Of a stretch of 64,000 nt of DNA, positions 63,143 to 64,000 are shown in pieces. The DNA is from Octopus sinensis (Eukaryota). Location: assembly GCF_006345805.1 (NCBI RefSeq), contig NC_042998.1, positions 185,442,001 through 185,506,000 of the forward strand. The letters are read 5' to 3'. The position numbers and the translations under genes are program-made. Under the pieces are notes generated by a model. That model was given only the letters and a program-made list of their open reading frames with translations. It ran no database searches and was not told the origin of the DNA. How positions within the stretch are numbered: position 1 is the first letter of the stretch; each line of letters starts with the position of its first letter.

Positions 63143-64000
63143 ATAGATATTTTTCTATAGTAGTTTTGTATTTGTGTAAGGCTCTACTGCTATGAATTTG
63201 AGGTATATATAATCTTTCTTTCTATGTCAGATTTTGGATGGTGTAGTCTAAATATTTTCCTTGTTTTCCTGTCAAAGCTTGCTAGTTTATTTAGTGACTA
63301 GTTAAAATTATAACTATAACATATATCTGGTACAACTAGAGTATTGATACTAACTTCCGTTATTTTTGCATTTGTGATTTTTTTTTTTGTGTGTTGGGTG
63401 CTTTTATTGTGTGTCACCAGGTTAACTACAAACACTGAACTGTCTAGGCTTGCTGGTTTATTTAGCATCTAGTTAAAATTATAACTGTGACATATATCTG
63501 GGACAGCTAGAGTATTGATACGTATTGCATTTTTGCATTAGTACTTTTTTTTTTTCTTTGTTACTGGGTGCTTTTTGTGTGTCATCTGTATAACTATGAA
63601 CATGAAAGAAATGACTTTATGTTAGATATGGGTTTAAAGTATAAGAAGAAGCCAGACCAGAATAGACTCTTTGCAGCAGAGAAGCTACATAGCTACTCAC
63701 ATCTTAGAAGAGAGGGTGTGGAGTGATTGAGTGGAGTTGGGCAAAGGTGAAAGCAATGGGGGCTGGGTGTACTGTCAAGGTAAGAGGTGAGTAAAAGTGA
63801 GTGGGATCAGAGAAACTGGGACTGTGGGTGGTAGATATTGCAAGAATATATGGGAGAAAGAGAGATGGGGAATAGGTGAGGAAATAGGGCAAAAAATAAA
63901 GAATGAAGAGCTGGTTTTGACAGGTGAATGTAGTGAATGGTGGGCAGGAGGGGAGGAGTCCAATAATGTGTGTTAGTAAAAACAAGCAAAATAGTGATAT

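Noticed and set aside
55414-64000. Search for the 5' hexosaminidase exon(s) (signal peptide, N-terminal domain, ...DESY phase-1 donor)
   Set aside because: No minus-strand segment with suitable splice signals and GH20 N-terminal similarity was found by eye; probably outside the window. TBLASTN with a molluscan hexosaminidase would settle it.

Overview
AT-rich, repeat-dense eukaryotic DNA. The SINE, MITE and RTE-tail families resemble those of octopus/coleoid cephalopods (inference from recognised repeat types, not a database match). Main gene: a lysosomal beta-hexosaminidase (GH20, HEXA/HEXB family) on the minus strand. Eleven coding exons (55413 down to the stop at 21207) splice in one frame with GT-AG boundaries and give the C-terminal 407 aa; its 5' exon(s) were not found and probably lie beyond 64000. 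A second minus-strand gene probably starts at ATG 2694, with a BC-box-like, ZYG11/ZER1-like N-terminus running off the window start. The rest is a catalogue of mobile elements: tRNA-derived SINEs, RTE, CR1/L2, Tx1, CRE and R4-like LINE fragments, mariner, hAT, piggyBac-like and Merlin-like MITEs, and Helitrons. The most notable structures are two head-to-head mirror-image insertions, each carrying a minimal type I hammerhead ribozyme in both arms. One is a ~2.9 kb Penelope-like (GIY-YIG) palindrome inside a hexosaminidase intron with a non-canonical G3:C8 core. The other is a 486 bp non-coding palindrome with a canonical core. Two SINE families also share their 3' tails with LINE fragments present in the same window.
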